A DNA stretch of 10,061 nt from Clostridia bacterium (GTDB lineage: Bacteria; Bacillota; Clostridia; CAKSNL01; HGM11501): NCBI GenBank assembly GCA_045545475.1, contig JAZQAZ010000013.1, positions 1 through 10,061 of the forward strand, read 5' to 3'. Position numbers and translations under genes: made by a program. Shown here piece by piece: positions 1 through 7,494 of the stretch. The notes under the pieces are model-generated. The model ran no database searches and was not told where the DNA came from. It saw only the letters and a program-made list of their open reading frames with translations. Numbering within the stretch: the stretch's first letter is position 1; each line of letters starts with the position of its first letter.

Positions 1-299
1 TGAATGTGAGCAGAATCCTGAAGCATTATATTACAAAGCCTATGTGTTGCTTCTGTACAATACACGGGACCTGTGTATCCTTTTGCAACCATTGCCGGAA
101 TCTTTCCTGAATGGTCTATATGTGCATGAGTAAGGCAAATCCCATCAACCTCTGACGGAGCAACAGGCAATTCGCAGTTTTCATATGTATCGCCGCCTTG
201 TTCCATACCGCAGTCAATAAGGATATGCTTTCCACAAGCTACAAGCAAGGTACAAGAACCTGTAACCTCATGAGCTGCTCCTATAAATGTTAATTTCAT
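1..299 (-). CDS. MBL-fold metallo-hydrolase, beta-CASP/RNA-metabolising family (N-terminal part; runs off the left edge)
   Basis: Not in the ORF track. Manual translation from ATG at 299 gives MKLTFIGAAHEVTGSCTLLVACGKHILIDCGMEQGGD...ICLTHAHIDHSGKIP..., containing GAAxEVTGS, LIDCG and the HxHxDH metal-binding motif. GGAG RBS at ~309-317. Confidence 0.92.
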   Translation of the reverse strand, partial: MKLTFIGAAHEVTGSCTLLVACGKHILIDCGMEQGGDTYENCELPVAPSEVDGICLTHAHIDHSGKIPAMVAKGYTGPVYCTEATHRLCNIMLQDSAHI

Positions 300-305
300 A
301 TTCAC

Positions 306-479
306 TTACTCCTCTCCTAATATTTCTCTTCCTTCATCTTCGGTTATGTATTCAACCTCTACCATACATTCTATGACTTTTTTCTGTCGCTGTTTTGCAA
401 GGTCAAGTCTGTTGTTTAACGAATATGCTGACGGTGCGTTTGGTCCTCCAACAAGTAAAGTACACTCATAGTCCGTCAT
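306..479 (-). pseudogene. C-terminal remnant of a GT51 (monofunctional) peptidoglycan transglycosylase
   Basis: MTDYECTLLVGGPNAPSAYSLNNRLDLAKQRQKKVIECMVEVEYITEDE resembles the C-terminus of transglycosylase domains (ExxLLxGxPNAPSxY...LAxxRxxxVxxxM...YI). The N-terminal catalytic motifs are absent, and the in-frame upstream residues (to 548) overlap the HTH gene and look unrelated. Confidence 0.7.
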
Positions 480-507
480 ACCATTCCGCATTTTTTGCAT
501 ATGTATA

Positions 508-717
508 TCATACAAGTGTCTTATCTTTAACCTCAACAACATCTCCAATCTGACAGTTAAGAGCTTTACAAATCTTTATAAGAATGGTCAATGCTACTAT
601 CTCATTTTTATTAAGCTTTGTTAAAGTTGTTGAGGATATATCTGCAAGTTCCATTAGGTCATGCTTGCGAATATTCCTTTTCTTCAATGTTTCCCATAGT
701 CTTCGATATGTTACCAT
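508..717 (-). CDS. Cro/C1-type (XRE/HTH_26-like) helix-turn-helix transcriptional regulator, 69 aa
   Basis: MVTYRRLWETLKKRNIRKHDLMELADISSTTLTKLNKNEIVALTILIKICKALNCQIGDVVE fits the typical YxxLW...ISxxTLxKL...ICxALxCxIxD pattern. GGAGG RBS at 726-730, 8 nt from the ATG. Confidence 0.9.
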   Translation of the reverse strand: MVTYRRLWETLKKRNIRKHDLMELADISSTTLTKLNKNEIVALTILIKICKALNCQIGDVVEVKDKTLV

Positions 718-746
718 AGCATAAGCCTCCGAAAATTTATGTATTA

Positions 747-791
747 ATTATACACCTATCCAACAAAAAAATCAAGACTTCGCTTGATTTT
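747..791 (-). promoter_or_regulatory. Sigma-A promoter of the HTH gene with an overlapping inverted repeat (candidate operator)
   Basis: Minus strand TTGATT (775-770)-N17-TATAAT (752-747). The inverted repeat AAAATCAAG-N6-CTTGATTTT (768-791) overlaps the -35. Confidence 0.65.
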
Positions 792-838
792 AGTATATTG
801 CATTTCAGTTTACAATTGAGGCTATCTTGGCAACTCAA

Positions 839-866
839 GCGGGACGTCGGGGACGCCGTCCCCTAC
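839..866 (-). repeat. GTAG-type REP-like hairpin (copy a)
   Basis: Minus strand GTAG-GGGACG-G-CG-TCCC-CG-A-CGTCCC-GC: GTAG followed by an imperfect GC-rich palindrome. Confidence 0.75.
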
Positions 867-876
867 AAATTCTCAC

Positions 877-1000
877 AAAAAAAGACGGAACGCTTGTTTT
901 AAGGTAGCCTTGCAATTCACCCGAAGCGGTTTCCGAAACCCAATCTTTCGATTGTCGGAGGGCTTGCCTTTAAATGGTGGTCCCATACATTTGTTCCGTC
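877..1000 (-). ncRNA. Candidate stand-alone structured small RNA (~120 nt), family not recognised
   Basis: Perfect promoter directly upstream. The 5' end GACGGAAC (1000-993) pairs with the 3' end GUUCCGUC (891-884), followed by U7 (883-877). Internal helices include CAAUC-GAAA-GAUUG. No credible ORF or RBS inside. Confidence 0.7.
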
Positions 1001-1007
1001 AGATATA

Positions 1008-1036
1008 ATTATATAAAATATGTGTTATTTTGTCAA
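1008..1036 (-). promoter_or_regulatory. Consensus sigma-A promoter driving the candidate ncRNA
   Basis: Minus strand TTGACA (1036-1031)-N17-TATAAT (1013-1008). The predicted TSS at ~1001 coincides with the start of the terminal stem. Confidence 0.85.
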
Positions 1037-1070
1037 CTCCGTCCCCTGCAATTGCACCACTACAACACAA

Positions 1071-1096
1071 GCGGAATGCATAAATGCATTCCCTAC
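1071..1096 (-). repeat. GTAG-type REP-like hairpin (copy b)
   Basis: Minus strand GTAG-GGAATGCAT-TT-ATGCATTCC-GC. Positions 1072-1096 are identical to 9859-9883. Confidence 0.8.
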
Positions 1097-1116
1097 AATT
1101 AAACACTCATTACACC

Positions 1117-1141
1117 GTAGGGCGGGGATTTATCCCCGCCG
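1117..1141 (+). repeat. GTAG-type REP-like hairpin (copy c), inverted partner of copy b
   Basis: GTAG-GGCGGGGA-TTTA-TCCCCGCC-G, 20 nt from copy b in the opposite orientation. Confidence 0.78.
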
Positions 1142-1158
1142 GAATTCAACATCCCATC

Positions 1159-1190
1159 AAAAAAGCAGTCAACCTTCGTTGACTGCTTTT
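1159..1190 (-). terminator. Rho-independent terminator of the SLH-protein gene (possibly bidirectional)
   Basis: AAAAGCAGTCAAC-CTTC-GTTGACTGCTTTT hairpin with A/T tracts, 8 nt downstream of the stop at 1199. Confidence 0.88.
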
Positions 1191-1198
1191 ATATTATC

Positions 1199-4100
1199 TT
1201 ACTTATTTCCCTCGATGAATCTGTGAAGGATTGCCGCAGTTTCTGCTCTTGTGGCATTCTCTTCGGGAGCAATGTTATTTTCGCCCTTTCCTTTGAAAAG
1301 ACCTGAATTTACCGTCCATGCCATGGCAGTCAATGCATATTCAGAGATTTCTTCATAGTCATTAAATTCACGAATAAGCATTCCGCCCTGAGTCACGTCA
1401 TAACCCTTATATTCAGCGAACCTATGCATAATGGTTGCTATCTGTTCACGGGTAATATTGGAATCGGGTGCAAACTCTGTATCACTTACGCCCTTTACTA
1501 TTCCAACCTGCTTTGCCCAGGAAACCGCATCTGCATAGTATGCACCCATATCAACATCCGAGAATGGGATTGATTTATTTACCGCAGGCTCGCCCTCAAG
1601 TCTGTAAAGAACGGTAACGAGCATTGCTCGTGTGAGTGATGCCTCGGGAGCAAATTCAGTTTCCGATATACCCTTCATAATGCCATTTTCATACACATAG
1701 TCAATGTCTTCCGTTGCCCAGTGGCCGAAGGGATGAACATCTGTAAATTCCTTCTTTGCCGATGTCTGACCGCTATCTTCGCCCGATGCAGGCGTTACCG
1801 GCAATGTGGGTGTACCTGTAGGTATTTTTATACCTCCGGATGAAGACGAACCCTTGCTGCTTCCTCCGCCACTGCCTCCGGATGACTGCTTTACAATTTC
1901 AACCTCTTTTGCTCCTTCGCCTTTTTTACCGACTGCCACGCCCTCAGCGAAGTAATCTGGGCCTGCAAACATAACATCAATAATCTTTGCATTTTTCGGA
2001 ACTTTAATTTCCAGCTCCTTGTTAATATCTATATCTTTGAGCGCAAAGAGTGCGTAGCCTTCCGTAACCGTAGCATTAACCTCTCCGCCATCAATACAGA
2101 TAGTTCCTTTGCTGTTTATAATGTCTGCCGCTTCAATACCGTTTATAGCAGCGGTGATGTCAAGAGTTCCGTCTTTCATTTCAAACTCATCCAAAACCCT
2201 GATACCTTCGCTTGTTTCACTTACAAGCGTTATTTTTCCGCCTTTGATATACACACTGTAAGCATCTATGGGCATATCATAAGCTGTTACATTTATTGTG
2301 CCGCCTGTGATTTTTATATGTTTCTCAACGTCAAAGCCTTCGTCGCCTGCATTTATTGTTATCTTGCCGCCTGTAATGGTGACATTTCCGCCGTCGGGAC
2401 TATCTGCACTTGCACTGATATCCATACCATGATCATCGGTGGTGATATTAATTGTGCCGCCCTTTATATAAAGATTTCCGCCGTCAACATCAATACCGTC
2501 ATCGTCTTTTGTCTCTAAAGTAAGTGTGCCGCTCTTTATTGTAACGTCACCCTCGTATATGTTAATTGCATCGTCGCCTGCAATTAATGTAAGAGAGCCT
2601 TTTCCGCTTACTGTAATATCCACGCCGTATGTCCAGATACAGTCGGATTCTTCCAGGGTAGTTTCTATTTTGCTTTCACCGGTAATTACAATATCAAGAT
2701 CATCTTCTGTATAAATTAATGCATTTCCGTAATGGTACTCGTCATATTCATAGTCATAGCCCAGACCCTTAAATTCAAAATCCTTCAAGGAGAGAGTGCC
2801 TTCATTATAATATGCATAGCCGCCTCTTGGCTTTTCATAGGATAATGCACCGCCTGTGCTTAAGTATTCGCCGTTTGCAAGGCCAACACCGCCGATATAA
2901 ATTTCAGCTTCCTTATTTACATCGTATCCGCAGATGCATTCGCCATCTTCGCTGTGAGGCTCATATCCCTCGCAAGCGTCAGGATAATCGTTTATTATGC
3001 AACCCTTCGTGCAAGAATTCCAGTGGTGTGTGGAATTAACCCTGTATTCTTCGCTCCAGTTATGCTCACATACCGGTGCAAGAAGAGCATATTTTACAGG
3101 ATTTCCTTCGCCGTCACGGATTTCGTGGGGGAGTCCTTCTGCTCTTATAATTTCTCCGTCCGAAGGAAGAATAAGCTCAAGGTCTTCGGAAATTGAAACA
3201 TCCATAGCCTCCATAAGTGCATCCCATGTTTCAAGTTCAATTGTTCCGCCACTTAAAATGACTTCGTATGACCAGATAGCTACGCCTTCAGCAAAAACAT
3301 CCACTTTGCCGCCTGTAATTTCAACGGTTTCGTCAGCTGTGATACCGCAAACGCAATTTAGATAAATTTCGCCGCCCTCTATATAGACATTGCCTTCTCC
3401 CGACATAATAGCATCAAAGGCTACAAGGTCAAGCTTACCGCCCTTAACCCTTATATCTCCATCGGCATATATCGCACCATCTTCTGCCTCCACATAAATG
3501 GTGCCGTCACCGCTTATTGTAAGCTCTGCGGCGGATTCACTAATAATGCCGCCCTTTACGTCATCTCCCCCATAATAATAGTCGCTTACAATCTTATTTG
3601 TTCCCTCAAGCACTATACCAAGCGGGCTGTTTGCATATATGAGTGCATAGCTTTCCACGCCATCTTCCTCGTTTGTATGGAAATGATAACCATCGCCTTC
3701 GTAGCTGTAATCATTTAAGGTAAGGGTACCGTCTTTATAATATGCATAGCCGCCGGAAGGCTTTTTCTTTGCGGTTTCAGAAGCGCCGGATGCAAGATAG
3801 GTGCCGTCTTCCATTCCTGTACCGCCGACAAATACATCATAAACCTTTTTAAATGTTGCCGTTACAGTAACATCAGCTTCAGGCATTGTAAATTTGTTTT
3901 CATTTATTTCAACATCTTCTGAATCAGAGTCCTCAACGCTTAAAGTGTCAAGCTCATAGCCTGTCGCAGGCGTAACAGTCAGAGTTACTGTTTCGCCCTT
4001 GCGAGCTTCCGAAACATCCGCTTCGACCGTGCCGTTTATTGTTTCTTCGATTGTAACCTTGTAGCCCGGCTCAAATTTAAGGAGTATGGCGTTGTTTCCG

Positions 4101-4822
4101 TATTCATCTGTGGCAGTATTGCCGCTGCAGTCAACCCATCCGTCTACGTCGATTGTAAATTTCTCATCCTCCGGAAGCACATATCCCACAGGAGCATCTG
4201 CCACATGAAGGGTGAATTCCACGCCGGTGGGAATACCGCTAAGTTCATGACTTTCGCTTGTCATATCCAATGAGCTGACACTTGATCCTTCTGAATTTAA
4301 GAAGCAAATTGTCACTTTGTCTGATTCATCGTCAAATACAACGCCTTCTGTCATTATGACAAGTTTTGTCTTATCAAACCCAACAAGTATTGTTCCCTCT
4401 TCATCAACCATACCTGTTGAAATCATCTTTCCGTCATCATAAAAGGAGAAGGTCCTATCGGAAGAAAGAATAAACCCTTTGGGTGCTGTAATTACGCGAA
4501 CGGTGTATTCGTTACCTGCTGCAAGACCTTCTATGGTGTGTATTTCTTCTGTCGATGTCCACTCGTCTACTACTCTGTCCTCGGAATTAAGCAACTGCAT
4601 TTTTGCACCGGCAAGTCCTTCTCCGTTTGTATAACTAACCGTATGAATGTCAGCACTGAATGTAGGAGCACTTATTTCTTCCGCCATAAGCTCAACTTCG
4701 TCAACTTCCGTTATTTCGAAAAAGTCCGTTGCACCTGCCCCTATGGTAAAGCCTGGGATAAGCGTTATAAGCATCGCCAATGTAAGCATCCACGCCGTTA
4801 ATTTCCTTAAGTCTTTTTTCAT
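1199..4822 (-). CDS. Large secreted S-layer homology (SLH) domain protein, 1207 aa: signal peptide, 2 SpaA/Cna-B-like Ig folds, bacterial repeat domain, 2 beta-helix (Cthe_2159-like carbohydrate-binding) modules, Cys/His linker, Gly/Ser linker, 3 SLH
   Basis: Signal peptide MKKDLRKLTAWMLTLAMLITLIPG. LAGAKMQLLN...VVDEWTS...YTVRVITAPKGF is SpaA-like. GETVTLTVTPATGYELDTLSV...FTMPEADVTVTATF is a repeat domain. Many ITGGKI/IKGGTI beta-helix rungs follow. C-terminal FTDV..HWA...F.P...LTRA / ITREQ / ATRAE SLH motifs. Start moved from 4828 to ATG 4822 because of the GAAAGGA RBS at 4832-4838. Confidence 0.9.
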   Translation of the reverse strand: MKKDLRKLTAWMLTLAMLITLIPGFTIGAGATDFFEITEVDEVELMAEEISAPTFSADIHTVSYTNGEGLAGAKMQLLNSEDRVVDEWTSTEEIHTIEGLAAGNEYTVRVITAPKGFILSSDRTFSFYDDGKMISTGMVDEEGTILVGFDKTKLVIMTEGVVFDDESDKVTICFLNSEGSSVSSLDMTSESHELSGIPTGVEFTLHVADAPVGYVLPEDEKFTIDVDGWVDCSGNTATDEYGNNAILLKFEPGYKVTIEETINGTVEADVSEARKGETVTLTVTPATGYELDTLSVEDSDSEDVEINENKFTMPEADVTVTATFKKVYDVFVGGTGMEDGTYLASGASETAKKKPSGGYAYYKDGTLTLNDYSYEGDGYHFHTNEEDGVESYALIYANSPLGIVLEGTNKIVSDYYYGGDDVKGGIISESAAELTISGDGTIYVEAEDGAIYADGDIRVKGGKLDLVAFDAIMSGEGNVYIEGGEIYLNCVCGITADETVEITGGKVDVFAEGVAIWSYEVILSGGTIELETWDALMEAMDVSISEDLELILPSDGEIIRAEGLPHEIRDGEGNPVKYALLAPVCEHNWSEEYRVNSTHHWNSCTKGCIINDYPDACEGYEPHSEDGECICGYDVNKEAEIYIGGVGLANGEYLSTGGALSYEKPRGGYAYYNEGTLSLKDFEFKGLGYDYEYDEYHYGNALIYTEDDLDIVITGESKIETTLEESDCIWTYGVDITVSGKGSLTLIAGDDAINIYEGDVTIKSGTLTLETKDDDGIDVDGGNLYIKGGTINITTDDHGMDISASADSPDGGNVTITGGKITINAGDEGFDVEKHIKITGGTINVTAYDMPIDAYSVYIKGGKITLVSETSEGIRVLDEFEMKDGTLDITAAINGIEAADIINSKGTICIDGGEVNATVTEGYALFALKDIDINKELEIKVPKNAKIIDVMFAGPDYFAEGVAVGKKGEGAKEVEIVKQSSGGSGGGSSKGSSSSGGIKIPTGTPTLPVTPASGEDSGQTSAKKEFTDVHPFGHWATEDIDYVYENGIMKGISETEFAPEASLTRAMLVTVLYRLEGEPAVNKSIPFSDVDMGAYYADAVSWAKQVGIVKGVSDTEFAPDSNITREQIATIMHRFAEYKGYDVTQGGMLIREFNDYEEISEYALTAMAWTVNSGLFKGKGENNIAPEENATRAETAAILHRFIEGNK

Positions 4823-4851
4823 AAACAACCGTCCTTTCTTAAATGCATTTA

Positions 4852-5532
4852 TTAAATTCTTTTAGCAAACTTATCAAACATTTCATTTGCGATTTTGCAA
4901 AGGTCAAGTGCGATGACCCGCTCCACTGTTTTTTTCCGCTCCTCTTCGCCGATTTCGTATACCTTCAGCATCGACTCCAAAAAGAGGGCAATTTTATCAT
5001 TCATTGTAAAGTATCTGTCCGTGGGGGTGGTAAATGCCGCAAGCTCCATTCCGCTTATGACGTTTTCGATTTTTCTGAAATCCTCTTCCGTCTTTCCGGG
5101 GAACCGCTCCTTTAATAAATGGAAGTTTTTCTTTGCTCCCCAGTCCTTGATATAGTCAAAGGTGGCAGGGTGGCTGTATGCCGCAAAGTACAAGTCCCAC
5201 GCCTTCGGGTCGTTGTCGCAAAGTGCAATCTGCACCGCAATCTCTAACGCAAAGGCGAAAAGCGGATCCATTGTTTCTTCCTCCGACTCCTCTATGATAT
5301 CCAGGTGGAAGTCCATAAGCTCCTCAATCAAAACCTTTAACATATCTTCCTTTACTCTGTAATGATATGTTATTGTACCAAGGCCTATGCCCGATTCTGC
5401 GGCAATCTGCCTGTGGGTGGTTTTTGAAAAGCCCTGCTCTAAAAAAAGCTTTGTCGCCGCCCTCACTATCTCTATCTCGGTTTCTGACAGAGGATCGATT
5501 TTGCTGTGCCTTTTGATAATACTTTTAAGCAT
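4852..5532 (-). CDS. TetR/AcrR family transcriptional regulator
   Basis: IVRAATKLFLEQGFSKTTHRQIAAESGIGLGTITYHYRVKEDML is a TetR HTH. Start set at ATG 5532 (AAAGGGG RBS at 5544-5550) because the longer ORF start at 5574 falls in the -10 box. Lies 29 nt upstream of the SLH gene, so the two are likely co-transcribed. Confidence 0.93.
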   Translation of the reverse strand: MLKSIIKRHSKIDPLSETEIEIVRAATKLFLEQGFSKTTHRQIAAESGIGLGTITYHYRVKEDMLKVLIEELMDFHLDIIEESEEETMDPLFAFALEIAVQIALCDNDPKAWDLYFAAYSHPATFDYIKDWGAKKNFHLLKERFPGKTEEDFRKIENVISGMELAAFTTPTDRYFTMNDKIALFLESMLKVYEIGEEERKKTVERVIALDLCKIANEMFDKFAKRI

Positions 5533-5562
5533 TTTTCTCACGGCCCCTTTCGCATATATTTC

Positions 5563-5605
5563 GTACAAGTACAATTATATACTAAACGCATATTGATGTC
5601 AATAT
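5563..5605 (-). promoter_or_regulatory. Consensus sigma-A promoter of the tetR-SLH operon with candidate operators
   Basis: Minus strand TTGACA (5602-5597)-N17-TATAAT (5579-5574). Inverted repeats are ATATTGA-TG-TCAATAT (5590-5605) over the -35 and GTAC-AA-GTAC (5563-5572) at the TSS. Confidence 0.8.
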
Positions 5606-5643
5606 AATTTTGAAAATTTTTACAGCTTTTTTGAGCCAAAGTC

Positions 5644-5672
5644 TTGCTCTGCTTATCTTTTTATAGTATACT
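5644..5672 (+). promoter_or_regulatory. Putative sigma-A promoter of the DUF2157 operon
   Basis: TTGCTC (5644-5649)-N17-TATACT (5667-5672), 34 nt upstream of the ATG. Confidence 0.55.
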
Positions 5673-5706
5673 CATCTTAAAGAAACCATAAAAAGGAGTG
5701 GTGCCA

Positions 5707-6972
5707 ATGAAAAAAGAAAAATGGATGCTGGGCGAAATTGACGCCTGGGAAAAGGAAGAGCTTATATCATCCGATGTTGCCGAAACCTTAAAATCCCGCT
5801 ATGTGCCGAAAAAGAACATGGGGCTTTTAACCGTTCTTTTCTCAATTATCGGAACCGTTTTCATCGGTCTTGGCATAATTTTAATCGGTGCAAACAACTG
5901 GTGGTATGCCCTGCCTACGGCTGTCCGCACAGTTATTGCCTTTCTTCCCCTGCTCCTCTCCCAGGCACTTATCATTTATACTCATCTTAAAAAACGTGAA
6001 AGCGCCGCCTTCCGGGAAGGTGCCGCAATTCTTAATTCGGCGGGTATTTTTTCAACCGTTGCCCTTATTCACCAGATTTTCCACATCCCCGTTGACCTTT
6101 CCGACTATCTTTTAATATGCGGAATACTTACCTTTCCTTCGATGGTTCTCATTAACTCCGTATCACCCCTCATCGTATGCTTCTGGGCGGCATTAAACGG
6201 CGGCTTTTGTCTGGCAGGGAACAACGCGCCCTTAATCACATTGTTTTTACTTATCCCCTGTATTGTTTATGCCGCATCCAAATTTAAGGAGGAAAGCGCA
6301 AAATCCATCTATCTTTCCGCACTTACGGCTGTATCGGTATTTATATACATCCTCACCGCGACAATTTTTGAGCATGACAATTTCTCGCTCATCTTACTTT
6401 CCTTTATGACCTTGCTATCAAGCCTTTCCTTCCTTTATGAAAAAACAGGAAAGCTTTATAAGGCACTTTCAATTGGCGGCACAATAATTACTATGTTTAC
6501 CTTAAGCACCATATGGCTTTGGGAAGACAGCGATGCTTTCCGCGGAACACTCATTCCCGTACTCACCGCCGTAATAATGCTTTCTGCGCTTTTTGTCGAA
6601 GGCGTGAAAATAAAAAAGGAGAAAACGCCTTCCCTTGCCTTTATCCCCTTTACGGTTTTCATCGTCCGCGGCATATGGCTTCTTTTCGGGCTAGACAAGG
6701 GAATCGCTCCCACAGTCTTTATGATTATTATGAATTTACTGCTTCTTGCCTTAAGTGTATATTTCATTACAATCGGAGTAAAGCGCGTAAGCCTGATTTA
6801 TTCCAACGTGGGAATGATTTCCTTCTGTTATCTTGTGCTTATCCGTTTTCTGGATGTTGACCTTCCCTTACTTGCAAGAGGCTTTATCTTCCTTTTCCTC
6901 GGAATCGGATTCCTCTTATTTAATCTTTATCTCACAAAAGCGAAAAAGGCAAAGGAGGCAGAGGCAAAATGA
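5707..6972 (+). CDS. DUF2157 domain polytopic membrane protein
   Basis: N-terminal W..E.LI...AE.LK.RY...LFSIIGTVFIGLGIILIGANNW..LP pattern and ALIHQIFHI motif, with many TM segments. AAGGAG RBS 8 nt before ATG 5707. Typical partner of GDYXXLXY proteins. Confidence 0.85.
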   Translation: MKKEKWMLGEIDAWEKEELISSDVAETLKSRYVPKKNMGLLTVLFSIIGTVFIGLGIILIGANNWWYALPTAVRTVIAFLPLLLSQALIIYTHLKKRESAAFREGAAILNSAGIFSTVALIHQIFHIPVDLSDYLLICGILTFPSMVLINSVSPLIVCFWAALNGGFCLAGNNAPLITLFLLIPCIVYAASKFKEESAKSIYLSALTAVSVFIYILTATIFEHDNFSLILLSFMTLLSSLSFLYEKTGKLYKALSIGGTIITMFTLSTIWLWEDSDAFRGTLIPVLTAVIMLSALFVEGVKIKKEKTPSLAFIPFTVFIVRGIWLLFGLDKGIAPTVFMIIMNLLLLALSVYFITIGVKRVSLIYSNVGMISFCYLVLIRFLDVDLPLLARGFIFLFLGIGFLLFNLYLTKAKKAKEAEAK

Positions 6973-7463
6973 AAAAAGCTTTAACGATACTTATAATTCT
7001 AACCGTTGTTCTCCAGCTTATCTATCCCTGCTATATGATATGGGATAAATACGGCGTATTAATTTACGGCGAAGAGATAAAAATGCTTGTGGAGCCCATC
7101 GATCCTTATGATTCCTTCCGCGGAAGATATGTTTCCCTTTCCTATCCGGGGGAAACCTATCCCGAAAATAAAAGCGGCAGATACGGAATTTTAAGTGAGG
7201 GCGAGGACGGATTTTTCTACATTTCCGAAACCGTTTCTGAAAAGCCCGAAGGCAAGCTTTATCTCGTAAGTGAATGGGAAAAATCCTTCCGCATTCCCTT
7301 TGACAGATATTATATGGAAGAAACTCTGGCCCCGGAAGCTGAAAAGGTTTTAACCGACGATACACTTAAAACCTATGTGACTATCCGCATAAAGGGCGAC
7401 CGTGCCGTTATTTCCGGGCTTTTCGTTGGCGACGAGCCGATTGAAAAATATCTTACAAAATAA
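6969..7463 (+). CDS. GDYXXLXY-domain membrane-anchored protein
   Basis: N-terminal TM, PIDPYDSFRGRYVSLSY (motif variant GRYxxLxY) and FDRYYMEE..APEAEK. ATGA overlap with the upstream stop. Confidence 0.88.
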   Translation: MKKALTILIILTVVLQLIYPCYMIWDKYGVLIYGEEIKMLVEPIDPYDSFRGRYVSLSYPGETYPENKSGRYGILSEGEDGFFYISETVSEKPEGKLYLVSEWEKSFRIPFDRYYMEETLAPEAEKVLTDDTLKTYVTIRIKGDRAVISGLFVGDEPIEKYLTK

Positions 7464-7466
7464 AAG

Positions 7467-7494
7467 AAAGTCTTGGCAAAGCCAAGACTTTTTT
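7467..7494. terminator. Bidirectional intrinsic terminator between convergent operons
   Basis: AAAGTCTTGGC-AAA-GCCAAGACTTTTTT lies between the stops at 7463 and 7494. Confidence 0.85.

Noticed and set aside
480-548. N-terminal extension of the 80-aa ORF as a real gene start
   Set aside because: It overlaps the HTH gene by 41 nt, I see no convincing RBS, and the residues do not resemble the transglycosylase family.
816-838. Weak hairpin TTGAG...CTCAA next to REP a
   Set aside because: Short and imperfect; compatible with chance.
900-972. c-di-GMP-I riboswitch (GGCAA...GAAA tetraloop...GGCUACC resemblance)
   Set aside because: The conserved GACGCAAAGC junction and the tetraloop-receptor P3 are missing, and there is no directly coupled downstream gene.
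839-1141. CRISPR array
   Set aside because: The palindromes differ in sequence and orientation, spacing is irregular, and there are no cas genes.
1020-1226. 68-aa plus-strand ORF
   Set aside because: No RBS; it runs through a promoter, REP hairpins and a terminator, and overlaps the end of the SLH gene.
2318-5596. Multiple plus-strand ORFs antisense to the SLH and tetR genes
   Set aside because: They are shadow frames of well-supported genes, with no RBS or recognisable motifs.
5888-7365. Alternative-frame and antisense ORFs within the DUF2157 and GDYXXLXY genes
   Set aside because: They are nested within strong CDSs, with atypical composition and no motifs.
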